Assembly: GCF_009914755.1 (NCBI RefSeq)
Contig: NC_060929.1
DNA: 64,000 bases
Strand: one strand, 5' to 3'
DNA from: the human T2T-CHM13v2.0 reference genome, Homo sapiens
The notes under the pieces: model-generated
The model's database searches: none
What the model saw: only the letters and a program-made list of their open reading frames with translations
Told to the model about the DNA's origin: nothing
Shown: positions 14,833-32,425 of the stretch, one piece after another
Numbering within the stretch: the stretch's first letter is position 1
How the letters are laid out: each line of letters opens with the position of its first letter
Program-made: the position numbers and the translations under genes

Positions 14833-14925
14833 CTTCCAGATCTCTTATACTCTTTTTTGTAGGACCTTTCCAGAGATGGTGATCTTCGGTTGTCTCGATG
14901 CCTGTGTCTCTCCCGTTCTCGCTCT
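14833..14925 (-). CDS. DROSHA: DROSHA exon 6 (93 nt), ERERERHRHRDNRRSPSLERSYKKEYKRSG, includes S300/S302
   Basis: Acceptor TTTAAG|AGAG, donor AAG|GTAAGC. Codon count places RSPS at S300/S302, the known nuclear-localisation phosphosites. Confidence 0.96.
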
Positions 14926-17401
14926 CTTAAAGGAATTAATACACAGAGCTGTTTTCAACAGAAAGACTCAAAAACACCATCTCTTTTCACTGAATTCATC
15001 TTGTAAATAAATGGACCACATCTAGGAATTTTTCAGGCACTGTTCACTGGGGGACATTTTTATGCCTTCTTAATTTATTAGAGGATAAAGGAGCTTTTCA
15101 CTTTACAGAAGTTAACTAACTTGGAGAATTTTTGCAGTTTTCTTTAAAGAAAGAAGTCATACATGATGCTACGCAATAATGGGAATTTTATCCTAATCTT
15201 CCCTTAAAACCTTGCAATCAGCCAATCCTTGGTTATTTAACCTAGAGGGAAAACTCTAAAGAACTCCACATCCTATTGATTTCTAAAAAATGCTCTATTT
15301 TACCTATCAAATAAATGTAAATTATAAAGCTTTTATAGTGAAAATTAGGACAAGGTTCTATAATGAAAGAGCTCTTAATGCTTATGGCTTATAGGCTTGA
15401 GTTGTAGATCTAGCTATCACTAACCTGCCATGAGGCCATGACTAAGTCACTTGAATGCTATTTTTCATCTGGAAAAAAAACTAAATAGAGATGTTGGGCT
15501 TACTTAATGTAAAAAAAAATAGATGAGGAATTTTTAAAACCTTCCAATGTAAAACTGGGGTTTAATAATATTAATAGCTTTTGAGCCTATTTAACAATGA
15601 GGACCTAGAAGAGAAATCTGAACTCTAGTGTGTCTGAATCAGAACTACAAGTCTAAAGGAAGTAACCTTCCAATCTTAGAACAGGAAAAATAAAATGCTA
15701 TATTAACCTGAGTCCAGAAAGAAGACCATTAAAATGTTTGAACTCAAAAATATCCCCCAACCTATCACCAAACAGAAATGTCAATACATTGAAAATAGAA
15801 CTTACAAAACTGACAGAGATCGGTGAGTGCTTAGGTATTAAAATAGAAATTGCTTTCCACTTAAAGATTCCCCTGTTCTAAAGGAAGACTCCTTTGAATA
15901 ATGTTTCTGATATATATACAATCCTCAGATATATACCAGCTATCCCAAATAAAGCAGCCAGAGATTTGGATTCTACATTCTTCATCTCATACACTTCTAA
16001 AATCAGAGTTTACATTTGGGCAGTAAATCTTAGTTATTGTATAGAAATTAGTGAACCATGCCACATGTCAAAGATATATGTAATTTGTAATGGCACGGCT
16101 GTTGAAAAAAATAATTGCGTACATTTCCAAATAAAAACTCTAATTAGAGGATATTTCTAATATATTTTTTTTTACCATATAGCCAATAGAATTTTGCATT
16201 TAAGAATAACACTTCTAATGATGACTGGTACCTCTGAGTGGGTAGGACTTGAAAAGACCAATTTGGATATAAATCACATTAGTAACACTATTAAGACAAA
16301 TTCTTTTAAAGCAAGAAAAGCTATGTTTGTGTTACTTTTCCCAAGATTCTTCCTTGTTTGCAAACATTAAGATATTCCTTAGGTACATTAGGGTAGTTCT
16401 CCAGTAGCTACACATTTACTGTCACAAGGTCAGCCATGAGAATTCTTGCGTGGTAGCACTCCCTAGCTAGGTGAAGCCCAGGGCACACATCCTTACCACT
16501 CTGCTCAACAGTGTGCTTGGTGCACTACATCTGCCTGTAGCAATTTCTTTCCTTATCCCTGGAGTAACTTTCATTTTTCATGACAACAAATACATATATC
16601 CACTTTTTCACAGACCTTTTCTAAAAACAGTCCACCCTAAGACAATCTTGCAATTGTTATTCAACCACATTTTGGAGGCAGAGAAAAATAGGGAACACAG
16701 AATTTGTAAAAGGATAGATTCACTTACCCCAAGAAGCAGGGGAGGGGCAACAAGAAAACAGACTATAGAATTTGCATAAACTTAACACAATGCAAATTTA
16801 TGAAGTTTCAGTTTTCCAAATATACTTCTAGAAGTTATATTAGGACTTCATGTGCTCCATGTTTGTTTCACAGAAGCATGCCATATAAGACAGATGACTG
16901 ACATTCCACCTAATTAATATCCCAAAGGGAGCCAATTATAATGTAGCTATGCCACTAGGCAGCTCCAGAGCAAATGCCCCAAGCACATTATAAAACAACT
17001 CGAATATAAATAAAGCCCGTTTTAGAAAGATATAGATCCTCATAGTAAAGGAGTGTGGTTTAGGATAAATCAGGTTAGAAGTAATTCTTACGACACTTGA
17101 TTTTACTGAGATCCGCAATTCACAGGACATCTGAGTTTCTTCAAACAAATACATAACTCCAAGTTGAAGCCTTGATGGAAAAATTTAGGATTTACAGCAG
17201 AGCCCTGACAACTCCTCTAATTATAGCATATCAAAACAGAGGCGGAAATACAACACTATCTAGAATGTTTGCTGCAAAATGTTTTCCCAGAAGCAAAATT
17301 ATTAACAATTACTTTAGAGTCTGAAGAAAACTATTTACAAACTATTTACTCTTTCCAGTTAACATTTGCACTATAAAACTGTAACATTAACTATCACATG
17401 C

Positions 17402-17752
<351 letters not shown>

Positions 17753-18621
17753 TCACAGAATATTGACCAGAAACAGTAGTTCATGCTGAAAAGATTTTTA
17801 AAGTCTACCAACTCTCACTCAGCTTTGGCCCACCAGAAATGAGTCATCCCTACAAGTAACACATTCCCTTCTATCTTCTACCAGGCCACCAGGGAGAGGC
17901 AACAAAGCATTTTCCTTCTGAACCTTCTGAGCACTAATCCCTCTCTTCAGTGCAGAGAATGACCACTATCATTTAATTTACTGGCAAAATGTTCAGTCAG
18001 AACCAAATTGATAGAGCCATGAGAAAAATGTGGAAACAGATGTGAACTGGTTCCTAAATCAGCTGCAGAGCAACAAGAGCCAAGACCAGCTCTCTGCAAA
18101 CCCAGAGTGAAGTGACTTGGTCTGGGGAGCTCAAACACTTTTAGCACAAAAGTTCCACAAGACAACGAAGGTAAGTACACTACTGGGGAAAGAAAGAGAA
18201 GCACCGTAATTAGCTTGACAACAGAAGATCTCAAATCTTCATCAGTGTAAGGGTTCACTGAGGCATAAATAAACATTAGCACAATTGATATGTGTCTTTT
18301 ATTTTTCCATATAAACCAATGGTTCTCAGGCTTTTGGGATAACAGACTCACACCCTCCTTCTTTGAGAACCTGATGTAAGTTTCCTTCTAGAAAAACACA
18401 CACACAAAAAAGTTGCATATAACTTCAGAGTATTTCTGTAAGCCCAGCTAGAATCCCAGTTTTAGAAATGCCTCCTTGAAACATTATTTCTCTCATATTT
18501 ATACCTATTTGATCTTTTGAAAAAAGAAATGTAATATAGAATGAAACAGTATTTTTAAAATACAACTTTCTTCAGTAAGAATCCATTTCAATGCAACAAA
18601 ATCAGATTAAAAGCAATTTTA

Positions 18622-19258
<637 letters not shown>

Positions 19259-19788
19259 TCATAATGTGTAAATAATCTTACTTCGTTTTACAAAGAAACC
19301 AACCAAGAAGGCAACAATGTACAATAAATTTCTACTTATCCTAAAACTCAGAAAGTCCTTCCTGTTAACTAATTTGATTCTTTATTAACACGCAGATCGC
19401 CAGTTCCAAAAAAACTCAAATGCTATAACCTGATATGATGATCACATTGAACATAATTTAATCTATGATAACACAAAAAATACAAGATCTTTCATCTCAT
19501 GGGATCATCATTAAAATGTCAACTGTATTATGCAGAGTAAAAGTCTTATATTCACTGAAATGAATCTACACTGATATATTTGGAATGCTTTTTAAAAGCA
19601 ATTTTTTTCTGACATCAACTTATTTGTCAGTTGTTTCTTCCTCTTGAAAACAGAGTCCAAAATGTGCTTCCTTTCCTTACATAAATCAAGATGCCCTACT
19701 GGATCCTTTTGGTTTGGTTGTCATAAATGGAGAATGACCGTGCCTGGGCCTCTGCAGTTCATTAAAGAACTACACACAAGCGGTTTAC

Positions 19789-20622
19789 CTGCTCCGTTCG
19801 TAGCTGCGGTGGCGAGATGGTGTTCTCCCTCGGTCATAATCAGATCTGTACCGGCTGTCTTGTCTTCTCCTGTCGGGACTGCGGCCTCGCTCCCGCCGAT
19901 CCAGGGACCGATGCCTCTCACCTCGCCCATGACTGTGATCTCGGTGCCTGTGGTCATCATAGTGTTTCAGCCTTTCTGGGGACCTTCTCTCACTGGGAGC
20001 CTTTGGGAGTGGGTATGGAGGGAGATGTCTGAAATGAGGACTACTGCTGTTATTAGCACTGGGCAGGAAAGAACTAGGGTTGTTCTGGAAACTATTAAAA
20101 CTGGGAGGTGGGAAGTTGTGGTGAGAATAGCCCGGAGGGTACTGATAATTAACCTGCTGCGGCATGACTGGAGGGGGCGGGGGATGAGGCATGGAGGGAG
20201 GGGGCATCATGAAGGGGAAAGTGCCTTGTCCAGGAGGTGCCCCAGGGACTGGGGGGTTATTAGGACAAGGCATTGGTGGTGGCATGGGAGGAAAACAAGG
20301 AGGAACTGGGAAGGGGTGCCTCATCTGGTGGTTGGGGAAAGGCGGCCTGATTGGGCAGGGGGGAAGAGGGCCTTGCGCTGACGGAGGCATGGGTGGGGGG
20401 AAGGGTACAAAGTCTGGTCGTGGAGGGAGAAAATTGGGGGCTGGAGAGTTTGAGAAAGTGGTGGAAGGGGCACTTGGAGGTTCATATTGATATTGCACAG
20501 GAGGCTGCTGAGGGTGAAGCAGCCTCAGATTTTGGGGCCTAAAGGATGGTGCTGAGGGTCTGGCTCCATGTCCTCCTCGTCCTCGGGGACACCCTCGTCC
20601 CGGGTGGAACGACATTCTGTGA
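19789..20622 (-). CDS. DROSHA: DROSHA exon 5 (834 nt), proline-rich domain and start of RS-rich domain
   Basis: ORF track 19785..20615 (MSFHPGRGCPRG...RSYERSR); acceptor ATGAAG|TCAC, donor CAG|GTAAAC. Confidence 0.98.
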
Positions 20623-20699
20623 CTTCATGGCAGAAAAGAAAAAGGGAAAAGTTTTTTTAAAAAATAATTCTTACTATGTAAACAGGGTTTCATAAATGC

Positions 20700-22830
20700 C
20701 TGACCATCTTGATGAGCAACTCAAAGACCCCCTAGTCAAGCCACTGGAATAGGCCACCCATTTAATACTGGGTTCCTGCTAACATCTGAAACCCTCATGC
20801 TCAATAAACTCCTCTTCCCCTTTCTTGGCCACCCAGCCCACTGCCATGTTTAGTCCCTGGACCGACCATTCCTTAAAGCTGCTCCACTTCCAAAATGACC
20901 AATTCAACATCCCATTGTTCACCATTTGCTGTCATGCCTTTGCTCAAGTTCCCCTCTGATCTTGACCTCACAAGATCAAGGGGGCTTGCCTCCCCAGCCC
21001 CCACTCCCATCTCCAAATGCAGATTTGGGATTACCACCCCCCCTCTGCAATCCTCCACCTCTCCCTGATACCAGACCCTTCACATCAGCATTTGAAAGTG
21101 CTCAGGTCTATTCCAACATAAAGTACTTTCCTTGGCCTCCAGGTCTCCCTTGACTTTGCCCCTTCTTTGTCCTCCCCTTTACAGTCAAATGACCTGAAAA
21201 CGTTGCTACAGACCGAATGTTTGTGTCCATCCCAAAATTCCTGCTGATGAAATCATAACGCTGATGTGATGCTATATGGAAGTGGGGACTCTGAGAGGTA
21301 ATTATGATGGGAGTAGTACCCTTATGAAGAGAGAAAGAGAAAAGAAATCCCTGCCACCCACCCCTTACCAGGTGAGACTACAACAAGAAGGCAGCCACCT
21401 GCAAGGCAGGAGGAGGGCATGCATCAGAAACCTGGCTGTGCTGGTACCCTGATCTCAGACTGCCAGCCTCCAGAACTGTGAGAAATAAATGTTTACTGTT
21501 TAAGTTACCCAGTCTATAGCATTTAGTCATGGCAGCCCAAGCTAAGACAAAAGTGTATATACTTCTAACTCACTCTAATCCGACTTCAGCTTCCACCACC
21601 TCTCCAATAAGTGACATGATCAGTGCCCACCTTGTCTTGAAAACCAAAGGTCATTTTCAATCACCTTGCTTGATCTCTGTGCAGCAATCAGTCCAGTTGC
21701 CTCCCCAGCCCCCACCCCCATGGATGCGTTTCTTGGCTTCCTGACATGATGCCTTCACTGTGGCCTTCCTACTTCTCTGGCTGTTCCTCCTGGCAGTCTC
21801 CCATACCAGCTTCTTCTCTGCTAGGGGGCCTTTAACCGTCTGGTATTCCTCAGGGGTCTAGCCCAGGCACTCTGCTCACTCTCTCTTCCAAAGTGATGCT
21901 ACTCACCTGCACTGCTTCAATTGACATCAATCTGTCAGAAACTCCCAAGTTACACCTTTAGCCCACAACTTCTGAGCTCCAGACCCACACTGCCAATTAC
22001 CAACCCCATCTCTCTCCTTGAGTGTCTCACTGACCTGGACCAACAAATTCAACATAACATATGTTAAAAGGAATTAATGACCTTGCCCTCCAAGACAAAC
22101 ATTTGCTCTTTTCCTAGTATTTCCTATCTCAATAAATGACACCATTAATAGTCCTTAAGACATGTAACAGGGAATCATCTGACTTGTCCTCCCTCACCCC
22201 CCATCCTTAGCTAAAAATTTACTTTAAAATTGCTGTCACTTATATGGCAACTATCCCTTAATAAAAAATAAACAAAAAATCCAATTGTTTCTGCTTCATA
22301 AATATTTCCTGAATTCATCTACTTCACATCATCACTTCTTACATGGCTATTATAATAATATCCTTGCTGGCCTTTCTACAACCACTGTCACTGACCCTAG
22401 GGCTTTGTTAGGTTCCTTGCTCTCACAACACTCTGTGCTGCTTCTTAGCAGGTCCTACAATAATTACAATCCACCTTCTAAGGACCTAATTCCACCTTTA
22501 ATGTCTGCCTGCACCTCGGAACTGCAAGCGCTGTCAGGGCAGCGCTCTGGGATTTCTATTAACTGTTCTGGTCTGGCTTCCCAGCCCTGGGCATGGCCCT
22601 CTATTGTATTGTGCCCACTGTTGAAAGAATGAGCACATTATCCCCTCTCCCCATGTATCTAAATCCTTTCCACCCTCTATAGCCCAGCACCAATGTCTGC
22701 TCCTCTCTCGGTTCTCCCAAACTATTGCCATTCCCATCACGGCACTCACCATGTGTTTCCCTGCATCATGATGTTCCGCCTGGATATGTCACATCTTCCA
22801 CAGAGAATATAAGCTCTAAAAAACAGAAAG
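20700..22830 (+). mobile_element. Degraded L2 fragments interrupted by an MLT1A-like LTR (~21203-21550)
   Basis: Pyrimidine-rich L2 ORF2 / 3' motifs (ctgagctccagaccc, ttcctatctcaataaatgacacca); LTR end cagcctccagaactgtgagaaataaatg...gctaagaca. Confidence 0.65.
22750..22769 (-). CDS. DROSHA: DROSHA exon 4 coding part, MMQGNT(C); whole exon 22750-22815
   Basis: Acceptor TTTTAG|AGCT at 22815, ATG at 22769, donor ATG|GTGAGT. The 20 coding nt join exon 5 in frame. Confidence 0.93.
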
Positions 22831-23163
22831 AATAAAACAGACATAAACATGTTTCCCAAACTGCCAATGCTACAAAATATTTCTGCAATTACCATAACAC
22901 TGATTTTGCAGTTTCCAATACACTTAGCCTACAAACAAAATTAAAAGCATGTTGAACTGTGTTAAAGTTTCCAACTAAATTTTTAATGTCCTTAAATTTT
23001 AAAATGTCATTATTACTAGTTTTGCCAACTCAAAACTATCAGCAGCTAAAAAGACTTATAGGCATAGATCATCTCTAATTTGTTAAAAGACTTGGGAAAA
23101 ATATCATTTCCCCTCTCCCCCTTCATACTCTCGTTTCCTTCATGGTAAAAACAGGTAGGCATA

Positions 23164-24362
<1,199 letters not shown>

Positions 24363-24399
24363 TCTCCCAACGTATGAATCTGCCCAGTGATTTTCTATC

Positions 24400-24670
24400 C
24401 ATCTATCAATCTTAAATGCCACCTCCTCTATGAAGCCCTTCCTGATTCCCTTAGGTAATCCCATTCCCTCTAGACTTAGTCTATACTTAATCCTTTTACA
24501 GCACTTACCAGAGACTGCCTCATATCATAGTGAAGTATGCACACGTCTAACTCTTCCACTAGATTATCAGCTCCTTGATGATATGGGTTGATTCACAGTC
24601 ATTTCTGTATCCTTCACATCCCCGGGAAAAGCAACCTACACACAGTAGGTGGTCAATAAATGTTTACTCT
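24400..24670 (+). mobile_element. L2 3' end hosting DROSHA exon 3 in antisense
   Basis: aaatgccacctcctctatgaagcccttcctga...gcacttacc...cacacagtaggtggtcaataaatgttt. Confidence 0.85.
24509..24635 (-). other. DROSHA: DROSHA exon 3 (127 nt, 5' UTR, four uATGs, L2-like)
   Basis: Acceptor GTGTAG|GTTG and strong donor CTG|GTAAGT. Confidence 0.85.
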
Positions 24671-25160
24671 CTCACCAATAGTATGTTTCCATGTTGCTAC
24701 TGTACATTTCCCTTCCATGTACCTCCGCAACAGAAAGCAGGCCTTTTCACTGAGTCATGCAATATTTAATGAGCCCATAAATGGGAAGCACTGTCCCAGG
24801 CCCTGTAGACTCAGAGATAATAAGACACACAGCCTGTAGGATTCAAGGAACTCAGAACCCACGTACAAGTAAGTGTTTTAAAAATACAAAATAATGCAAT
24901 AAACACACAAAAAAGAGGTATGTGCAGGGCTTAGGGGAACACAAAGGTGTGTGCCGCACCTAGAGGTGGGCAAAAGTCAGGGTCACGAACACTCTTGTAC
25001 AGTGTGTAACAAGAGCTGAACATTCACTGCCAGATCCTCATGGATGTTTCAGTAGTTAGAAAATCTAAAAATACTAATCATGAAATTGACCTATTGAAGG
25101 CATAGTCCGGCTGTGTTGTGGATGCAGACTTTAATTCAAAAGTCAAGGAATTCACTGCAC

Positions 25161-25236
25161 CTGGAAAAGTAACTCTCTTTTCTCCGTCTGTCTCTTCTCG
25201 GTTGCGGTTTGGAAACAGAGACACTGAAGGAGCTGT
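25161..25236 (-). other. DROSHA: DROSHA exon 2 (76 nt, optional 5' UTR exon)
   Basis: Acceptor ATTCAAG|ACAG and donor CCAG|GTGCAG; contains no ATG. Confidence 0.7.
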
Positions 25237-25700
25237 CTTGAATAGTTAACACGGCCAGAACGTCAGTGCATGTAAAAAGAATTTTAAAGTGTGACTACAT
25301 TTTTATTGAGAACTCCCTCTTTCCCCAGGTGGATCTGCAGGGCAGTCACCTTCATCCTGATCCATAACTGCACATTTACTGTTTGCATCTCCCGCCAGAC
25401 GGTACGCCCCACGAGGCAGGCGCTGAGCTCAGGATCTCACTCCCCTCCGAGAGCCGGGCGGCCCCAGGCCTGGACCATAGTGTGTGCTCCACAAATGAAT
25501 GAAAGGTCTCCTTTTTCACTTCCACTTATTTGCGGGATCCAGGCCTAGCGTCGCTCTTTTGCCCTTAGCTGCAGATCTGAAGTGGGGCTGCCCGACCCCA
25601 ATTCCCGGACGCTTTTCACCCCAGCCCCGGAGACTCCAGCCCCGTTTAAATCCTGACACTCGGAAACTCTCTTCTAACACTTGCAAGGTACCCCTTTTAC

Positions 25701-25860
25701 CTATAAAAGGCTCTCGGGCCGCGAGATCGCCGTCAGAGCAAAGCCAGGCTACTACCGCAGGTACCAAGACAGTGGCACCGCCCGCGCCTCCGGAACAGGA
25801 AACCGAGGGAATTAAAAAGCAAACCTGAGAAAGCTGGGCCAAGGGAGGGAAAACTCTTCA
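25701..25860 (-). other. DROSHA: DROSHA exon 1 (5' UTR); 5' end approximate
   Basis: Donor TATAG|GTAAAA at 25701/25700 inside the CpG island; sequence matches my recollection of the DROSHA mRNA leader. The TSS cannot be fixed from sequence. Confidence 0.85.
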
Positions 25861-25920
25861 GCCCACCGCAGGGCCTTGTGCGCGGTGATTGGCGCGTCAA
25901 CGAAAGCGATGGACGTCTAG

Positions 25921-26295
<375 letters not shown>

Positions 26296-26339
26296 TAAAC
26301 TGCCCTATTCCGTTGCTGTGGAGAGGACCCCAAAACAGC

Positions 26340-26505
26340 TAACTAGGAAGAATGAGAACTGACATTTATGGGCGCTTCCTACGAGTCGGGGCAACTTATT
26401 TACCTCGGTTTGCCCCCAAATCCCAGAACCAAACAAAAGGTGGCATCGGGATTCGAAACCGGACAGTCTGGCTGCAGAGCCCTGTGTTCTTAACCTGCAG
26501 TTAAC
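26340..26505 (-). mobile_element. MIR in C5orf22 intron 1, antisense, with CpGs retained
   Basis: gggattcgaaaccggacagtctggctgcagagccc...tcttaacc is the reverse of the MIR tRNA-derived head. Confidence 0.7.
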
Positions 26506-26632
26506 TCTGGCTTCCAAGTATCTCCTGGAATCGCCACCACAGCCCTGCTGTTTAGATGGGAGGCTTTATGCTTGGAACGTGGGCTCTGATCTGAAATGGG
26601 GACAGTAATCGTAGGACTCACAGGGCTCTTAG

Positions 26633-26869
<237 letters not shown>

Positions 26870-27806
26870 TAGCCAGGATGGTCTGAAAGTCTGACCTCAC
26901 GTGATCGGCCCCCGCCGGCCTCCCAAAGTGCTGGGATTGCAGGCGTGAGCTACTGCGCACGGCCCATATTGCGTAAAAAAAAAAAAAAAATTTAACACGG
27001 TGCCCTGCATAGATAAACACTAAAAGGGGTTTCCATGTTTATGGCCGTGCTGATTTACAGTAGCCAAATTGGTGTCTTAATCTAGACTTTTCCAAGTCAA
27101 CAAAGGAGGCCCATGGATCTAATAAATATGTTTTAAAGTAGCATCAGTAGGCTTGGGATGGGAGGCAGTTCTCTGGACGTTAAAAAAGAAGAGGGATTTA
27201 CTGTTGGTGACAGCTAATAGGAGAGGAAGATAGGTTTCTCAGGACCTGGATATAGTGTCTATGACCTTGAGAGAATGAGAAAGCCTAGGTTAGACGGTGC
27301 TTTCAAATTAGGTATTAAACCTAGAATTAGAGAAGATGTAAGAGGAGAAATGGCCTTTATAGACCACCTAGCCCAACCCCACCATTCTAAGGGTACCAAA
27401 AAGACCCTAACCAGCCTGGACAGCAGAGCGAAATCCCATCTCTACAAAAATAGAAGTGAAAAAATTAGCTGGGCGTAGTGGTGCGTGCCTGTAATCCCAG
27501 CTACTCAGGAGACTGAGGTGGGAGGATCGTGTGAACCCAGGAGTCCAAGGCTGCAGTGAGCCATGATCACACCACTGCTTTCCAGGCTGGGCAACTGACA
27601 AGCCCCTATCCCTTTTTAAAGGAAAAAAAAGAATACTTTGAGACCTAGGGTACCTTGAACACCTAGTTAATGTTAGAACAGGCATTAAGCGGTAGTTTGT
27701 TCCTGAGCCCCAGTCCTGGTCTGTTTCCCCACATGACCTGTTGAGTTCAAGGGGGCAGCAGGAAGGCCGCTGGAGATGCAGGTTGGAAGTTCTGAGGACA
27801 AAGTAA

Positions 27807-28130
<324 letters not shown>

Positions 28131-29393
28131 TAATATGTGATTTTATTTATGGTCTTTTGTGTTTGAAGTACAATTTGCAGTAGATAATAAGCAATTATAG
28201 GAAATAGACTTTGCTAAACTCATGGGTTTGGGGGTTTTTTGTTTGTCTTTTTGTCTTTTTCATTTTATTTAGAACAAGTGTTGACAACTTTCTTAAAGAG
28301 CCAGATTAGCAAATATTTTAGGTTTGCTGGCTATATGGTCTCTGTTGCAACTATTAATCTTTGCCTTTGTAGTGTGAAAGCAATCACAAGCACTGTGTAA
28401 ACAAATGACAGTAGCTGTGTTCCAATAAAGCTTTATTTACAAGCTGGGCATGGTGGATGAGCCTGTAGTCCCAGCTACTCAGGAAGCTAAGGTGGGAAGA
28501 TCACTTGAGGCCAGCAGTTCCAGGCTGTGATCAAAGCCTGTGGATAGCTGCTGCACTCCAGACTGGGCAACATAACCAGACCCCATCTCTTAAAAGAAAC
28601 AAACCAAAAAAACTTTGTTTACAAAAACAGCCTAGCCAATGTTTAATCCTTTTAATATTTGCCTTTATAGAGACCATTGGATTCTCACGTCTATTTCTGC
28701 ATTTAGTCCATTGCCATATGCTGTTTTGGTTGAAATATATGATGAAGATTCAGGCTTTCACAGGCATGTAATTGGAAAAGGAAAGAATATTTTGATAGCC
28801 TTTTTAGATAATTGTGAATATTCTTTGATAGTGCGCCAAAACTTGAAAAGTAGTAGTTTATTAAAGCTTATTTGAAATGTAGAATTCAGCAATTCAGTAT
28901 CAAGTGTGAATAACCATAGTTTCTTGACCACTCCTTTCAAGATAAATGGTGTTCACCTCAAAGTTCAATCACAAGTGCTTTTCCTTGAGACAACTGTTAT
29001 GCTTCAAACTATGTAGCAGGAGAGCTTTCTGTGCATTTCTCATTTTGCCACACATAATATTTAAAAATGTATACTCAGGATGGAAATTTAATAAAATCAA
29101 GATGTTCTCGAATGACACTTTTATATTTATTTATTTATTTATTTTGGCAGTGGTTGGTAATGAAGAATATAGTAACTACTAACAGTTTGGTGCTGCTGCC
29201 TTAATTAATGTTGGAACATCAACCCACCAGTGCCTTTGCACCATCTTTGCAAATGTCAGTAAATGAAAACAGGAAATAATGCCTTAGTATTTTCATGAAA
29301 ATAGTTTTGTAATAGTGATGTCCCTGAAAAAGTCTCAGGAACCACTCTAGGGACCACACTTTGAGACCTGTGGTCTTAAAATGTTGTGGATAA

Positions 29394-29606
<213 letters not shown>

Positions 29607-30069
29607 TAATTTCCTCATATTTGTGAATATGGAAGTGATTGAATGTTTCTATCTTATTTTGGATTCCTATAATAACTTCATAAGTCTCTGCACACAAATA
29701 GGGTCAGATTAAGCCTCGACTTCTCCAAAGAGTTCTCAAAACACGAAGAACAAACTTTTAAGTCTCTTGATATTCTTCATGTACCATTTATATTTAGTTG
29801 CTGGTCAAATTAGATTTTGAATGTGATCATTATCCTCCGGAATTTGGGCTTCATTGGTGATTAACTCCTTAAGCCATTGAAGTATCTTATAGATTTATAC
29901 ATTCAGTAGTACATTTTACTGTTTCCTGTCAATATAACTGTTGTCTGCTGAATTTGCCGCAGTGGCTCACGCCTGTAATCCCAGCACTTTGGGAGGCCGA
30001 GGTGGGCAGAAGACGAGGTCAAGAGATCGAGATCATCCTGGCTAACATGGTGAAACACCGTCTCTACTA

Positions 30070-30273
<204 letters not shown>

Positions 30274-31966
30274 TTAGCAGTGAAAGGGCAAAATTATCTC
30301 ACTTTGATTTTTTTATAAATCCAACTGCTGAATAAGTAGATTTGGGGCTTTAATTTTCTTTATAATATAATTAGTTTCAGATAAGTACTTAATCTAAAGT
30401 AAATTACAGTATCCTCTGACTTGAGATAAATATGCAACTGTTTTTATTGTATAAGCTATTTAACAATGTTTTGTGTATCTTGTGATACTATAATACTTTC
30501 AGAAATATCAATATGTTCTTGACTTTAAAATTCTCTTGTGATGGGATAAATATTTTAAACAGTATAGCCATAACTTTCTAGAACCTTAAGGATAATGGAG
30601 TGAAATGGTAATACGTTGAAAATCAGATAGTCTTCCTCATTGAAAATGATACTTTATTTCTAATTTATTCTTAATGATACAATTAACTTTTGTAGTATAT
30701 AATCTTGTCGTTTGCACAAATAGCTTTGTTGTGATATATGAAAATTGTATTTATTTCAGATATAATTCAAAAGAAATAATTAAGACTCAGCATATAAATA
30801 TTGTACATACTACTGGTATATGTGAAATAGTAGTAGGGTTTTTATTGAGTACTTCAGTGAGTAGGCCTGATTTAACCTACAAAATCAAATAATTTTCAGC
30901 AATCTGACACAGACATTTGAAACTCCACGTGTGATTAACAATTTTGGAAGATTTTGATTCATGACTTTGGTTAATCCTGCAAGTAAAAATGTATGGAAGA
31001 GACACATATACATGTTGGTGTGCAGTTTGACAAATACTTGCATGTTTGTATGATAGGAACATGGGAGAACTGCTGTTATTAAAAAGAATATTAATTTAGG
31101 TTGGGGGATACAGCTTCATCTTAGGGTTGTACAGTTTTAATAAGCTTGGACATTAGTTTTACTATGTCATTAATCTATTTTTGGAAAATAGCTTTTACAG
31201 TTTATAGCTGTGTATGCTGGGAGAGGTCAAGTGGGAAATAAATATTAACCATGATTTTAGGTGGGTAAGGCATGCCTCTAGAAGAAGTATTTGGCTTCAC
31301 TGTTTGAAGTATTTACCAAGTCACCTTTCATACTGAGAATATTATGGTTATATAGAAATTAACAAAGCTCTAAAATATGTCAGGGGGAGTTTCTATTAAG
31401 AGAAATTATTTCCAGATGAAATTTTTCTCTTCAATGATTTTTTGGATAAAGATTCAGCTGGTATGAGAGAGAACAAAGGAACACTGGCTTAAACAAGAGA
31501 GTTTATTCTTATATTAGAATTCACTGTACACAGTCCAGGCCTATGTGGCAGCTCTAGAGTTTGGGGAACCCTAGTTCCTTCTACCTTTTTGCACCACCGT
31601 CTCTAGAATATTGCCCCTGTCCTTATAGTCCAGGGTGGCTTGCCACCTCTGTGTTCATATGCCAGTCAGCAGGGAACAGGAGAACAAAGCTCTGCATGCT
31701 TTTCTTCCATTCACAACCACCGGCCTTAATTTAATCACATGGCCACACCAGGCTGCAAGGCAGACTGAAATGTAGTCTTTATATGGGGCAGCTGTGTGTC
31801 CAGCTAAGAATTTGAGGAATGCTATTTCTACAGAAGAACAGGAAGTATAAATATTAGAGACTGCTCTCAGTTTTTGTCAAATAGGTCCGTTCTTATATTT
31901 CTGCCATACCATAGTGAAATGTCAACTGATTTGCCCATTCTTCTTAAAAATCGTTTTTTCCTCTGA

Positions 31967-32425
<459 letters not shown>

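Noticed and set aside
19644-20381. 245-aa plus-strand ORF and other overlapping ORFs
   Set aside because: Antisense or alternative-frame shadows of the GC-rich, Pro/Arg-rich DROSHA exon 5, with a non-ATG start and no independent gene signals.
20160-20445. Dense G-tracts on the plus strand (G-quadruplex potential)
   Set aside because: Explained by runs of proline CCN codons in DROSHA; the mRNA strand is C-rich.
26430-26505. tRNA-like TTCGAA loop as a tRNA gene
   Set aside because: No cloverleaf; it is the tRNA-derived head of a MIR, reported separately.
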